64,000 nt of DNA, taken from positions 8,282 to 72,281 of the forward strand of contig CAYSZX010000002.1 of assembly GCA_964435835.1 (NCBI GenBank), in the 5' to 3' direction. How positions within the stretch are numbered: position 1 is the stretch's first letter; every line of letters begins with the position of its first letter. A program made the position numbers and the translations under genes. The notes below the pieces were generated by a model, which worked only from the letters and a program-made list of their open reading frames with translations, was not told the origin of the DNA and ran no database searches. Positions 33,927 through 42,350 of this stretch are shown here, piece by piece. The DNA comes from an uncultured Candidatus Saccharibacteria bacterium. Its GTDB lineage: Bacteria > Patescibacteriota > Minisyncoccia > Minisyncoccales > JANBVM01.

Positions 33927-34439
33927 TTATTTTAGTTCTACTTTAGCACCTGCTTCTTCAAATTTCTTTTTAATTTCCTCTGCTTTTTCTTTATCAACAC
34001 CTTCTTGGATTGTTTGAGGCTCATTAGCAATAGCATCAGCTAAATCTTTAGAATCTTTAAGCCCTTTCTTAGTAATATCTCTTATTGCTTTAATAACTTT
34101 AATTTTCTTTCCTCCCAATTCAGTAATAACAATATTGTAAGATTCTTTTTCCTCTTCTCCCTTTTCTCCATTTCCTCCTCCGGCTGTTGCGGCTCCAGCA
34201 ACTACTTGAGGTGCAGCTGAAACCCCAAATTTATCTTCTAATATTTTTACTAATTCTGCTAAATCTAAAACGCTCATTTCTTCAATTTCTTTGACAAGCT
34301 TTTTAAATTTTGCAGGAACTTCTACTTCTTTTTCTTCATCTTCTTTCTTTTCTTCATCTTTGTCTTTTTTGTTTTCTTCTTTCTCTTCCTTTTTCTCTTC
34401 TTCTTTTTTGTTTTCTTCTTTTTTTTCTTCTTTTGCCAT
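33927..34439 (-). CDS. rplL: 50S ribosomal protein L7/L12 with a ~43-aa K/E-rich N-terminal extension
   Basis: The canonical part runs from ...KFKKLVKEIEEMSVLDLAELVKILEDKFGVSAAP to ...EEAGAKVELK. There is no in-frame alternative start between ATG 34439 and the canonical N-terminus. Confidence 0.9.
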   Translation of the reverse strand: MAKEEKKEENKKEEEKKEEKEENKKDKDEEKKEDEEKEVEVPAKFKKLVKEIEEMSVLDLAELVKILEDKFGVSAAPQVVAGAATAGGGNGEKGEEEKESYNIVITELGGKKIKVIKAIRDITKKGLKDSKDLADAIANEPQTIQEGVDKEKAEEIKKKFEEAGAKVELK

Positions 34440-34452
34440 ATTATTTTATTAA

Positions 34453-34971
34453 TTATTTATTATTTTTAATTGCATCTAATGCAAAAACCAGACCTTTTAA
34501 ATTATATTGCAAACTTCTAACAAAACCTTTAACTGGTGAAGAAATGCTTCCCACAAGTCTTCCTAGAAGCTCTTCCTTTGAAGGAAGTTGTGCCAATTCA
34601 ATAAATTTTTCTCTATCTTGAAATTCATTTTCGAAGAATCCACCTAATATCTTTAAATTCTCATTTTCTTTAGTGAAATTATAAATTACTTTAGCAGGAG
34701 CAATTTCATCTTTATAGCCAAAAACTAGAGCTATTTCTCCTTTCATTTCTTCTATATTTTTTTCTAGATTGTTCTTATCTAGAGCTATCTGAATTAATGT
34801 TTTCTTAGCTACTTTCATTTCTCCGTCAACCTCTTCAAGCTTTCTTCTTAAATCAAGCCCTTCTTGAACCTTTAAACCAGAAAAATCAACAAAAAGCATT
34901 GTTGTTTGTTCTTTTATTTTCTCGTTTAATTTTTTAACCGCCTTCTTCTTTTGTTCTTTTGTTTTTGCCAT
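34453..34971 (-). CDS. rplJ: 50S ribosomal protein L10
   Basis: 172 aa with an L10 pattern (LFVDFSGLKV......LR, LLGRLVGSISSP), lying upstream of rplL. Confidence 0.9.
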   Translation of the reverse strand: MAKTKEQKKKAVKKLNEKIKEQTTMLFVDFSGLKVQEGLDLRRKLEEVDGEMKVAKKTLIQIALDKNNLEKNIEEMKGEIALVFGYKDEIAPAKVIYNFTKENENLKILGGFFENEFQDREKFIELAQLPSKEELLGRLVGSISSPVKGFVRSLQYNLKGLVFALDAIKNNK

Positions 34972-34975
34972 ATTT

Positions 34976-35067
34976 AAATAAAAAATTGTGGTTTTTTAAC
35001 CACAGACAAATAAAAAAATTACTATTTTCCCCTCGGTAGGTCTTATGTAACTGCCTACTGTCTGTGG
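34976..35067 (-). promoter_or_regulatory. candidate L10-leader RNA with mutually exclusive helices
   Basis: In the minus-strand RNA, a 9-bp helix CCACAGACA (35067-35059) / UGUCUGUGG (35008-35000) encloses the hairpin GUAGG...CCUAC (35036-35058). It competes with UGUGGUU-AAAA-AACCACA (35004-34987), which is followed by a U-rich run ending at the rplJ ATG. Confidence 0.4.
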
Positions 35068-35141
35068 ATATATTATTATGCTATATTTTTTTTATTTCTT
35101 TGTCAATGAGAATAATAAAATTATTAATTCATTTTAGAAAT

Positions 35142-35666
35142 TTAAGAGTTTAATGCTTTAACCATCTCCTTTCCAAATTCATTAGCAACTTCAGGGCCTC
35201 TTGCCGTAACAATATTACCGTCTCTGATTACAGAAGAAGCCTTATAAATAGCTCCATTCTTTTCTAAGGTTCTAACTGGATGTTGATCCATCGGAGAGTT
35301 CCAAACAGTAGCTCTTTTCCCCTTTAAAATCCCTGCTTTAGCCAAAATTACAGAAGCAATACAAATACCAGCTATAATTTTATTTTTCTTGTGAAAATCT
35401 TTAATAATTTTGTAAGATTTTTCATTATCTAAATGAGGCAAACAACCCCCTCCCCCAATAAAAACAACTGCTTCATAATTATCTACTTCAATATCAGAAA
35501 TAGTTTTATTAATTTTAATTGTCTCTCCAAAAACTCCAACTGCTAATCCTTTCTTGTTAGATACTGTTTCGGTTTTTATTCCTGAGTCTTCAATAATATC
35601 TTCAGGAACTAAATATTCTTGATCTTGAAAATCACGAAAAGCAATTACAAATAATACTTTTTTCAT
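35142..35666 (-). CDS. DJ-1/PfpI family protein
   Basis: 174 aa with the nucleophile elbow AGICIASVILAKAG. Confidence 0.85.
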   Translation of the reverse strand: MKKVLFVIAFRDFQDQEYLVPEDIIEDSGIKTETVSNKKGLAVGVFGETIKINKTISDIEVDNYEAVVFIGGGGCLPHLDNEKSYKIIKDFHKKNKIIAGICIASVILAKAGILKGKRATVWNSPMDQHPVRTLEKNGAIYKASSVIRDGNIVTARGPEVANEFGKEMVKALNS

Positions 35667-36694
35667 TTTAAATATTTTGCTTTAGCTATGTTATGCTCTC
35701 TTAATGTTTGGCTAAATATTGTTTCTCCTTTCGGTGTCGAAAGATAATACCAATAATCAGATTTTTCCGGATAAATAGCGGCTATAATACTGTCTAACCC
35801 AGGATTACATATGGGTCCTAAGGGTAATCCTTTGTATTCGTAGGTATTATAAGGAGAATCTATTTCTAAATCTGATTGTAAAATTTCTGATTTCTTTCCT
35901 GTAATATAAAGAACTGTTGGGTCTACTTGTAAAGCTATATTGTTTTTTAATCTCTTCCAAAGAATACCTGATACTATTCTTTTCTCTTCTTCTTTGGTTA
36001 CTTCTTTTTCTATTAAGGAAGCCATAGTAATAATTTCAAAAATAGTTTTACCTTGACTTTCAATTTCTTTTCTTAAATTATTATTTAATTTTTTATCAAA
36101 ATTAGATAAAGCTCTATTAACAAACTCTTCAAGACTAAATCCCTTTTCTAATTCATAAGTATCAGGAAAAATAAAACCTTCTAAGCTAACTTTTTCGGTT
36201 TTGTCTTTTAAAAAGTCATAATTAAACTTCTTAGATTCAGGATAATTAGAGGTTTGGGAAAGATCAACGGCCGGTAAACCTGCTAATTCAAACAACTCTT
36301 CAGCCTGAAATAGCCCTTTTCCTTCTAAATAAAAAGCGATATCTCTTAAGTTCCATCCTTCAGGAATAGTAATTATTTCTTTTGCTATTTCTCCCTTGAG
36401 AAATTTATCAGTAACCTCATAAATACTCATTGAAGGAGTTAAATAATAATAACCAGCTTGAAGGTCAGGACGATTCCCGCTTCCAAAAACATAAAAACTA
36501 AAAAAGAAAGGATTTTGAATTATTCCTTTTTCTTTTAAATTATTAGCAATATTAATTACACTTTCTCCTTTTTTAACGGAAAATAATTGCTTGTTTTGAT
36601 TATTATTTTTGGAGAAAAAAATATTGTATCCAAAATAAATAATAACTCCTAAGATAATAAAAAAAATTGCTATCTCTTTATTTCTTTTATTCAT
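35663..36694 (-). CDS. mltG: endolytic murein transglycosylase MltG (YceG-like)
   Basis: N-terminal TM segment, IPEGWNLRDIA, ASLIEKE, and the YNTY..GLP.GPI.NPG pattern. Confidence 0.9.
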   Translation of the reverse strand: MNKRNKEIAIFFIILGVIIYFGYNIFFSKNNNQNKQLFSVKKGESVINIANNLKEKGIIQNPFFFSFYVFGSGNRPDLQAGYYYLTPSMSIYEVTDKFLKGEIAKEIITIPEGWNLRDIAFYLEGKGLFQAEELFELAGLPAVDLSQTSNYPESKKFNYDFLKDKTEKVSLEGFIFPDTYELEKGFSLEEFVNRALSNFDKKLNNNLRKEIESQGKTIFEIITMASLIEKEVTKEEEKRIVSGILWKRLKNNIALQVDPTVLYITGKKSEILQSDLEIDSPYNTYEYKGLPLGPICNPGLDSIIAAIYPEKSDYWYYLSTPKGETIFSQTLREHNIAKAKYLK

Positions 36695-36764
36695 ATCACA
36701 AATTATTTACTAAAAAGAAAAAATACAATTATTTCAAAAATTGATCTTAAAATAAGTCTACTCT

Positions 36765-37076
36765 TCATTTCTCTTTTTTATAAAGAGACGATTGCTTAAT
36801 GATAATCTTATAAATATTTTCAATAAAATCTCCTCCTGCATATCCAATAATAAAAGACATGGCAGGATCAAAAGCGCCATGTAAAGTAAATCCTAAACTC
36901 TTAACAGACATACTGATTAAAAGACCAGTAATTCCGGAAATGAAAGTAGTAGCTAAAAAATAAGGAAGTTTAAAACCAACATTCTTATAGGAAAATTGAT
37001 ATTTAATATAGCCTACTAAACCTCTAACCATACCTCCTCCAAAGCCAGCAATTAAAATTGAAAACATTATATTCAT
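36765..37076 (-). CDS. small membrane protein, hypothetical
   Basis: The start is set at ATG 37076 (MNIMFSILIAGFGGG...), because the ORF-track N-terminus runs into tRNA-Trp. Confidence 0.45.
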   Translation of the reverse strand: MNIMFSILIAGFGGGMVRGLVGYIKYQFSYKNVGFKLPYFLATTFISGITGLLISMSVKSLGFTLHGAFDPAMSFIIGYAGGDFIENIYKIIIKQSSLYKKEK

Positions 37077-37081
37077 ATTCT

Positions 37082-37155
37082 TGGCAGGGGCGAAGGGATT
37101 TGCACCCCTATCATTGGTTTTGGAGACCAATATTCTGCTATTGAACTACGCCCCC
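37082..37155 (-). tRNA. tRNA-Trp (anticodon CCA), CCA end encoded; non-canonical A18/G55
   Basis: Manual cloverleaf of 74 nt: acceptor GGGGGCG/CGCCCCU, D-loop AAUAGCA, anticodon loop CUCCAAA, T-arm AGGGG-UGCAAAU-CCCUU. Confidence 0.8.
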
Positions 37156-37164
37156 ACATATTAA

Positions 37165-37326
37165 TTATTTTTTGGTTTCCTTATGTAAAGTATGTTTTTT
37201 GCACCACTTGCAAAACTTTTTAAGTTCTAACTTACCTTCAACTCCCTTTGACTTATGAATACGATAATTAATTCTATCACATTCATCACATTTCATTTTA
37301 ACATAAACCTTTTTTCTTTTGGCCAT
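37165..37326 (-). CDS. rpmG: 50S ribosomal protein L33
   Basis: Not in the ORF track (53 aa): MAKRKKVYVKMKCDECDRINYRIHKSKGVEGKLELKKFCKWCKKHTLHKETKK. It has CxxC...CxxC zinc ribbons typical of L33. Confidence 0.85.
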   Translation of the reverse strand: MAKRKKVYVKMKCDECDRINYRIHKSKGVEGKLELKKFCKWCKKHTLHKETKK

Positions 37327-37354
37327 AAATTTAAAAAAATTAAATAATAAACGG

Positions 37355-37428
37355 AGCCTGAGAGCGGAGTTGCACCGCTGGCCTCGTCTTTACCAAAGAC
37401 GTGCTCTAACTAACTGAGCTACCCAGGC
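37355..37428 (-). tRNA. tRNA-Thr (anticodon GGU); non-canonical A18/G55
   Basis: Manual cloverleaf of 74 nt: acceptor GCCUGGG/CUCAGGC, D-loop AGUUAGUUA, anticodon loop UUGGUAA, T-arm AGCGG-UGCAACU-CCGCU. Confidence 0.8.
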
Positions 37429-37437
37429 TAATTAGTG

Positions 37438-37520
37438 TGGGTGGTGAGGGATTTGCACCCCCGTAGGCGAATGCCTGCTCTTTTACAGAGAGCCCGGTTT
37501 GTCTGCTTCCGTAACCACCC
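37438..37520 (-). tRNA. tRNA-Tyr (anticodon GUA), long variable arm; non-canonical A18/G55
   Basis: Manual cloverleaf of 83 nt: acceptor GGGUGGU/ACCACCC, D-arm CGG-AAGCAGACAAA-CCG, anticodon loop CUGUAAA, variable arm AGGCAUUCGCCUAC, T-arm GGGGG-UGCAAAU-CCCUC. Confidence 0.8.
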
Positions 37521-37574
37521 ATCAATAAATCATCTTACTTTATTTTTAATTAGATATCAATTGTTTTTTTAGCT

Positions 37575-38252
37575 CTACTTTTTTATTTCTTTGGCTCTCT
37601 TTTCCTTCCATTCTTTAATCTTTTTATGGTTTCCTGATAATAACACTTTTGGTACTTTCCATTCAACTCCTTTTTTACTTTTAAAAATTTCTGGCCTAGT
37701 ATATTGAGGATATTCAATAAAACCTTCCCCTTTTTTTCTTTCATCTAAAAAAGATTCTTTTCCTAAAACTTCTGGTATTAATCTAGAAATTGATTCTACT
37801 AAAACCATAGCTGGAACCTCCCCTCCCATCAAATCATATTCCCCTATTGATAATTCTAAATCAGCTACATGTTTAGCAACTCTTTCATCTACTCCTTCAT
37901 ATCTTCCGCAGATAAGAATTATTTGTTCCATTTTACTTAAAGAAGTAGCTTTGCTTTGATTGTACTTTTTACCTCGAGGAGTAAAAAGAACTATCTTTCT
38001 TTCTTTAGGTTTGATATCTTTTCTTTTAATATCTTCAACTGCTCTATAAATTGGACCAATCTTAAAAACCATTCCCAAACCTCCACCGTAAGGTTTATCA
38101 TCAACGGTTTTTCTTTTGTCTTTAGTCCACTCTCTTAAATTATGGACGTTAACTTTAATTAATTCTTCCTCCTGAGCTTTTTTAATTAAACTAGCCTCAA
38201 GATAGGAATCAAAAATCTCAGGGAAAATTGTAAGAATATCGAATTGTAACAT
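37575..38252 (-). CDS. trmD: tRNA (guanine37-N1)-methyltransferase
   Basis: FDILTIFPE, DDKPYGGGLGMV, ICGRYEGVDERV, LSIGEYDLMGGE. Confidence 0.95.
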   Translation of the reverse strand: MLQFDILTIFPEIFDSYLEASLIKKAQEEELIKVNVHNLREWTKDKRKTVDDKPYGGGLGMVFKIGPIYRAVEDIKRKDIKPKERKIVLFTPRGKKYNQSKATSLSKMEQIILICGRYEGVDERVAKHVADLELSIGEYDLMGGEVPAMVLVESISRLIPEVLGKESFLDERKKGEGFIEYPQYTRPEIFKSKKGVEWKVPKVLLSGNHKKIKEWKEKRAKEIKK

Positions 38253-38254
38253 AT

Positions 38255-38297
38255 TTTAAATAAAAACAGCGTTATTAATATAAAATAACACTGTTTT
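38255..38297 (-). terminator. terminator between the KH-domain gene and trmD
   Basis: Long hairpin (ACAGUGUUAUU / AAUAACGCUGU, one mismatch) followed on the minus strand by UUUUAUUU. Confidence 0.55.
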
Positions 38298-38318
38298 CGT
38301 TTAGAGTAAATATAGGAA

Positions 38319-38639
38319 TTATAACTTTAAGTCGTCTAAGTCTTTATCGTCTGAAGACTTATTTTCCTTTCTTCCTTTTGAAGAACCTTCAGGCTCTTCA
38401 ATTTTAAGGTTTACTCTTGCGTGATTTTTAAGCCCAACAATTCTAACTAAACTTCTGATTGCTTTAGCAGTAGATCCTCCTCTACCAATCACTTGTCCCA
38501 TATCTTCTGGATGAACCCTTAAAGAAAGTAAAACACCCATTTCATCAACTTTCCTGTCAATTTCAACATCTTCAGGATTGTCAACAATGTTTTTGATTAT
38601 AAATTCGAGAAATTCTTTGTCTTTTTCTTCTTTTGCCAT
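38319..38639 (-). CDS. KH-domain RNA-binding protein (YlqC/UPF0109-like) with an acidic/basic C-terminal tail
   Basis: VIGRGGSTAKAIRSLV (GxxG loop), in its canonical position in the rpsP-trmD cluster. Confidence 0.8.
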   Translation of the reverse strand: MAKEEKDKEFLEFIIKNIVDNPEDVEIDRKVDEMGVLLSLRVHPEDMGQVIGRGGSTAKAIRSLVRIVGLKNHARVNLKIEEPEGSSKGRKENKSSDDKDLDDLKL

Positions 38640-38766
38640 TTTCTTACAATCTATTATTTATTCCAGTAGCTCGACCTTTCCATCTTTTTGCCGTTATCGT
38701 TCAGTAAAAAACTAACGACTTTAAAGCTACTTATATATCATAATTATAATTTTTCTTTCTAAGATG

Positions 38767-39585
38767 TCAAGATTCGATCTCGTATTTTTTAATCATTTTT
38801 GAAAACATTTGAAGTCTTTCTTGCCAATCTTTTTCTTGATTTTCTATTTTATTTAAACTTTCTATTTGTTTTTTAATTCTTTTGATAAAGATACTAAAAG
38901 TTTTTTGGTCATTCTTTTTATAGCCAAAATTCTTAATGCCTGCTTTTAAATTTTCTTTAGAAAAAGGAAGGTAAAAAACAGGAATTTGCTTTAGTTGAGC
39001 AGCTTCAATTTTTCCGTTTCCCTTTATCTTAAATCCATATTTTAATTCACCTTTTTCTTTGCCAGTATTAATTTTTTGCACTTTCTTTATTTTTTCCTTA
39101 AGTTTTTCTAGGTTAAACTTTTCAGAAGCCACTTCATCAAAGGCGCAAATTGTTTTACCACTTTTCTTATGAATAAGAACATTATCTATCCCATTACTAA
39201 AATCATCATATTCTGAACTCCTAAAAACATAAAAATCATTTCCTAAGAATTTATTAAAAATTGCTGTTTTTAATAATTCCAGTTGCTCGCCATAACTTTC
39301 TCCCCTTTCTTTTTTCTTTCCAAATTTTTCTTTTAAGATATCAACGGTTTTCTGGTCTTTTTTTGACTCTTTTCTTGGGAAAAATTCTGAACGATAATCA
39401 ACTCTACAATCTTTTGTTAAAGGGAACCCTTTTTCTTCGTTTAATTCTTTACTAATTTCTTTAACTTTACTTTTTATTTCTTGAATTTTTTCAAAATAAC
39501 TTTCTGCTTTTTCCTTGCTTTTTCCATAATATTCTTTTTCTGTCTTCCACCCTTTTTGTTTATATTTTTCTATTAAAGAAGCCAT
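38767..39585 (-). CDS. hypothetical lysine-rich protein (272 aa)
   Basis: No recognisable motif. It has its own promoter-like element (minus strand TTGATA, 16-nt spacer, TATTAT at ~39619-39646) and sits between rpsP and the KH gene. Confidence 0.5.
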   Translation of the reverse strand: MASLIEKYKQKGWKTEKEYYGKSKEKAESYFEKIQEIKSKVKEISKELNEEKGFPLTKDCRVDYRSEFFPRKESKKDQKTVDILKEKFGKKKERGESYGEQLELLKTAIFNKFLGNDFYVFRSSEYDDFSNGIDNVLIHKKSGKTICAFDEVASEKFNLEKLKEKIKKVQKINTGKEKGELKYGFKIKGNGKIEAAQLKQIPVFYLPFSKENLKAGIKNFGYKKNDQKTFSIFIKRIKKQIESLNKIENQEKDWQERLQMFSKMIKKYEIES

Positions 39586-39702
39586 GTAATTATTTAAAAT
39601 TAGATAATCTTTGTTTTTATAATATAAAAAAATTAAGAATTATCAATCTTTTGAATTAAAAAACTGCCCACAAGATAGACAGTTTTTAATTTTGGAATTT
39701 TT

Positions 39703-40116
39703 TTATTTTGCAGAATCGTCTTCTTTTTCTTCTTCTTTTTGTTCTTTCTCTTCTTTCTTTTCTGCTTTTTCTTCCTTTTTCTCTTCTTCTTTTTCACTCT
39801 CTTCTTTTTTTTCTGTTTTTTCCTGTTCTTTTTCTTCCTTCTTTTTCTTTGTCTTGCTGTGCTTTTTCTTCTTTTCTCCCTCTATGATACCTTTTTCAAC
39901 TAAAAGATTATAAACAGTATCGGAAGGTTGAGCTCCGACAGAAAGCCAATATTTAATTCTCTCTTCTTTTAATTCCTTTTCTTTAGTTAAAGGATTATAA
40001 AAACCGACCTCTTCTTTAAATCTTCCTCTATGTGGAGGATTACTTTTCTTCGTAACAACAATTTTAAAAGAGGGTTGATTTTTCTTACCTACTCTATAAA
40101 GTCTAATTTTTAACAT
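39703..40116 (-). CDS. rpsP: 30S ribosomal protein S16 with a ~55-aa K/E-rich C-terminal extension
   Basis: MLKIRLYRVGKKNQPSFKIVV...YWLSVGAQPS, then a KKKEEKEQEK... tail. Confidence 0.9.
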   Translation of the reverse strand: MLKIRLYRVGKKNQPSFKIVVTKKSNPPHRGRFKEEVGFYNPLTKEKELKEERIKYWLSVGAQPSDTVYNLLVEKGIIEGEKKKKHSKTKKKKEEKEQEKTEKKEESEKEEEKKEEKAEKKEEKEQKEEEKEDDSAK

Positions 40117-40131
40117 AAATTATTTATTATA

Positions 40132-40821
40132 TTACCACTTCTTAATTTCTAATGCTTTTTTAGCGGCCTCTTCTTCAGCTTCTTGCTTAGAAGATCCTTC
40201 TCCTTGAGCAATAAGTTCATCCTTTAGAAATATCCCTATAATGAAATGCTTATCATGATCAGGACCCCATTCTTTAACAACTTTATACTTAGGAGTAATT
40301 TGAACTTTTTCTTGAGCTATTTCTTGAAAGCGGGACTTAGCATCTCTGAAAAGTCCGTTTTCTATTATTTTAGGCAATTCTTTCATTACGTTTTCTTTAA
40401 TAAATTTCTCAGCAGTCTCGTATCCCTGGTCTAAATAAATAGCTCCAATAACAGCTTCCATTGTATCACCTAAAATAAACTTTCTTGCTTTTTTACCTCC
40501 TCTAGCTTCTCCTTTAGAAAGAAATAAAAAATTATTAAAATTTAAATTTTTAGCTATTCTAGAAAGAATTTGAGTATTAACCAAAGATGCTCTCCAACTT
40601 GTTAACTCACCTTCCGATTCATTAGGATATTTTTTAAATAATTGATCGGTAACTACTAATTCAAGAACGGCGTCTCCTAGAAACTCGAGCCTTTCATTTT
40701 GATTTAATGGAAAACCAGGATTTTCATTTAAAAAAGAACGATGAACAAAAGCTTGTTTTAAAAGATTTTTATCTTTAAATTTAATTGCTAACTCATCTTC
40801 TATTTTTGAAAAATCTTTCAT
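40132..40821 (-). CDS. rnc: ribonuclease III
   Basis: [14 protein letters not shown] signature plus a C-terminal dsRBD (GPDHDKHF...[18 protein letters not shown]). Confidence 0.9.
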   Translation of the reverse strand: MKDFSKIEDELAIKFKDKNLLKQAFVHRSFLNENPGFPLNQNERLEFLGDAVLELVVTDQLFKKYPNESEGELTSWRASLVNTQILSRIAKNLNFNNFLFLSKGEARGGKKARKFILGDTMEAVIGAIYLDQGYETAEKFIKENVMKELPKIIENGLFRDAKSRFQEIAQEKVQITPKYKVVKEWGPDHDKHFIIGIFLKDELIAQGEGSSKQEAEEEAAKKALEIKKW

Positions 40822-41318
40822 TTTTCTTTCTTTTCTTTTTTATTTTCTTCTTCTTTGTCTATATTTTCATCCAAGTCTTCTTTAGTAATTTCCCCTTCTT
40901 CTTTTAAAAGATCAAAGACGGTCCCTAAAACACCGTTAATAAACTTACCAGAATTTTCTCCTCCAAATGATTTAGCTAATTCGATTGCTTCATTGATAGC
41001 TACTTTAGGCGGAACTGCTTTCTTGTCTGCGTATAACAACTCATAAATTCCTAACCTTAAAACATTTCGATCAACAATTGAAATCTGGCCTATTGGCCAT
41101 TGAGGAGCTGATTTTTTAATAATAGCATCAATTTCTTTTAAATGATCTATAACTCCTACCACTAATGACCAGACAAATGTTTTATTATCTTTCAATCCTG
41201 GACCAAAATCTTCAATATTTCTTTTAGTAATCTTTTTTAGGTCTTCTTCTTGATTTGAAAAATCCCATTCATAAAGAGATTGCATTGCTATACTCCTTGC
41301 TAAATGTCTAGAAGCCAT
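40818..41318 (-). CDS. nusB: transcription antitermination factor NusB, acidic/basic C-terminal tail
   Basis: [29 protein letters not shown], and [12 protein letters not shown] pattern. Confidence 0.85.
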   Translation of the reverse strand: MASRHLARSIAMQSLYEWDFSNQEEDLKKITKRNIEDFGPGLKDNKTFVWSLVVGVIDHLKEIDAIIKKSAPQWPIGQISIVDRNVLRLGIYELLYADKKAVPPKVAINEAIELAKSFGGENSGKFINGVLGTVFDLLKEEGEITKEDLDENIDKEEENKKEKKEK

Positions 41319-41320
41319 AA

Positions 41321-41584
41321 TTATTTTTTAGATAATTTTCCTAAGTCAAGAGATCTTTCCTTGCCCTTCTTTTTCTCTTCATTTTTCTTTTTTTTCTCCT
41401 TTTCTTCATCCGAGACAGTTATTACTTGTTTTCCCTTGTAATAACCACAAAATGGGCAAATTCTATGCGGTAAAGTTGATTTACCACATTTAGAACATTC
41501 AACTAAATTAGGCTTCTTTAAATAAATATGAAGCCTTCTTTTATCTCTTCTTGATTTGGTTGTTCTTTTCTTTGGTGCTGTCAT
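41321..41584 (-). CDS. rpmF: 50S ribosomal protein L32 with a K/E-rich C-terminal extension
   Basis: N-terminus [14 protein letters not shown], and a zinc ribbon CSKCG...CPFCGYYKG. Confidence 0.85.
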   Translation of the reverse strand: MTAPKKRTTKSRRDKRRLHIYLKKPNLVECSKCGKSTLPHRICPFCGYYKGKQVITVSDEEKEKKKKNEEKKKGKERSLDLGKLSKK

Positions 41585-41629
41585 AATTTGAAATTTGATT
41601 GTTAATTTTTACATTTTATTCTTTAAAAA

Positions 41630-42268
41630 TCAAGACTCCTGGAAAAATTCTTTAACAGGATTAAAAGTTTTTCTATGAATTTCACAAGGCCCGTATTTTT
41701 TAATCATAGCAAAATGCTTTTTTGTTCCGTACCCTTTATGATTTTTAAAACCATATAAGGGATATTTTTTGTCATATTTTTCCATTATTTTGTCCCTTTT
41801 TACTTTAGCGATAATAGAAGCTATGGCTATTGAAAAAATCTTTATATCTCCTTTTGTTATAAATTTCTGACAACGATTAAAGTTGATTTTAAAATTACCA
41901 TCTAAAAGTAAAAAGTCAACAGACTTAAATTTCATTTTACTTTCTAAGTCTATTACAGATTTTTTCATTGCTAGTTTAGTAGCTTCTAGAATATTAATAT
42001 TATCTATAACTTTTTCGGAAACAATACCTATTCCCCACTCTATTTCAGGGCTTTTCATTAAAGAGTCAAAAATTTTTAATCTTTTTTTAGGGCTTATCTT
42101 TTTAGAATCTTTTATTAAATTAGAAAATTTAACTTTCTTTTTTAATAAAACAGCTGAAGCAACAACAGGTCCTGCTAAAGGACCTCTTCCTGCCTCATCA
42201 ATCCCAACAACTCTTTCTATTCCTCTATCCCATAATTTATTTTCTTCTTGAAGATTTGGATATTTCAT
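41630..42268 (-). CDS. rnhB: ribonuclease HII
   Basis: VGIDEAGRGPLAGPVV, DSKK....R, LLLDG, ASIIAKV.RD. The preferred start is ATG 42268; the ORF-track start is 42334. Confidence 0.9.
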   Translation of the reverse strand: MKYPNLQEENKLWDRGIERVVGIDEAGRGPLAGPVVASAVLLKKKVKFSNLIKDSKKISPKKRLKIFDSLMKSPEIEWGIGIVSEKVIDNINILEATKLAMKKSVIDLESKMKFKSVDFLLLDGNFKINFNRCQKFITKGDIKIFSIAIASIIAKVKRDKIMEKYDKKYPLYGFKNHKGYGTKKHFAMIKKYGPCEIHRKTFNPVKEFFQES

Positions 42269-42305
42269 TATTGCTTTATTATAACAAAAATTTAAATTAC
42301 TTTTT

Positions 42306-42334
42306 TTGACAAATAAAGAACTTATCGTTATCAT
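42306..42334 (+). promoter_or_regulatory. candidate promoter of the small + strand gene
   Basis: TTGACA (42306-42311), 17-nt spacer, TATCAT (42329-42334). A GGTGA SD-like element lies 6 nt before ATG 42351. Confidence 0.4.
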
Positions 42335-42350
42335 ATTTGTGGTGATTTAA

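Noticed and set aside
38640-38766. A 127-nt spacer with GUAGCU...AGCUAC long-range complementarity, as a possible small RNA gene.
   Set aside because: It has no promoter or terminator of its own and no resemblance to any RNA family I can recognise. It is more simply an intercistronic or 5'-UTR structure, and is mentioned only within the rpsP-cluster finding.
39692-39913. Plus-strand ORF encoding an S/F-rich repeat protein (SSFSSSFCSFSSFFS...), and the analogous 34310..34621 ORF.
   Set aside because: These are the antisense readings of the GAA/AAG tracts that encode the K/E tails of S16 and L7/L12. They are not independent genes, tandem-repeat elements or CRISPR-like arrays.
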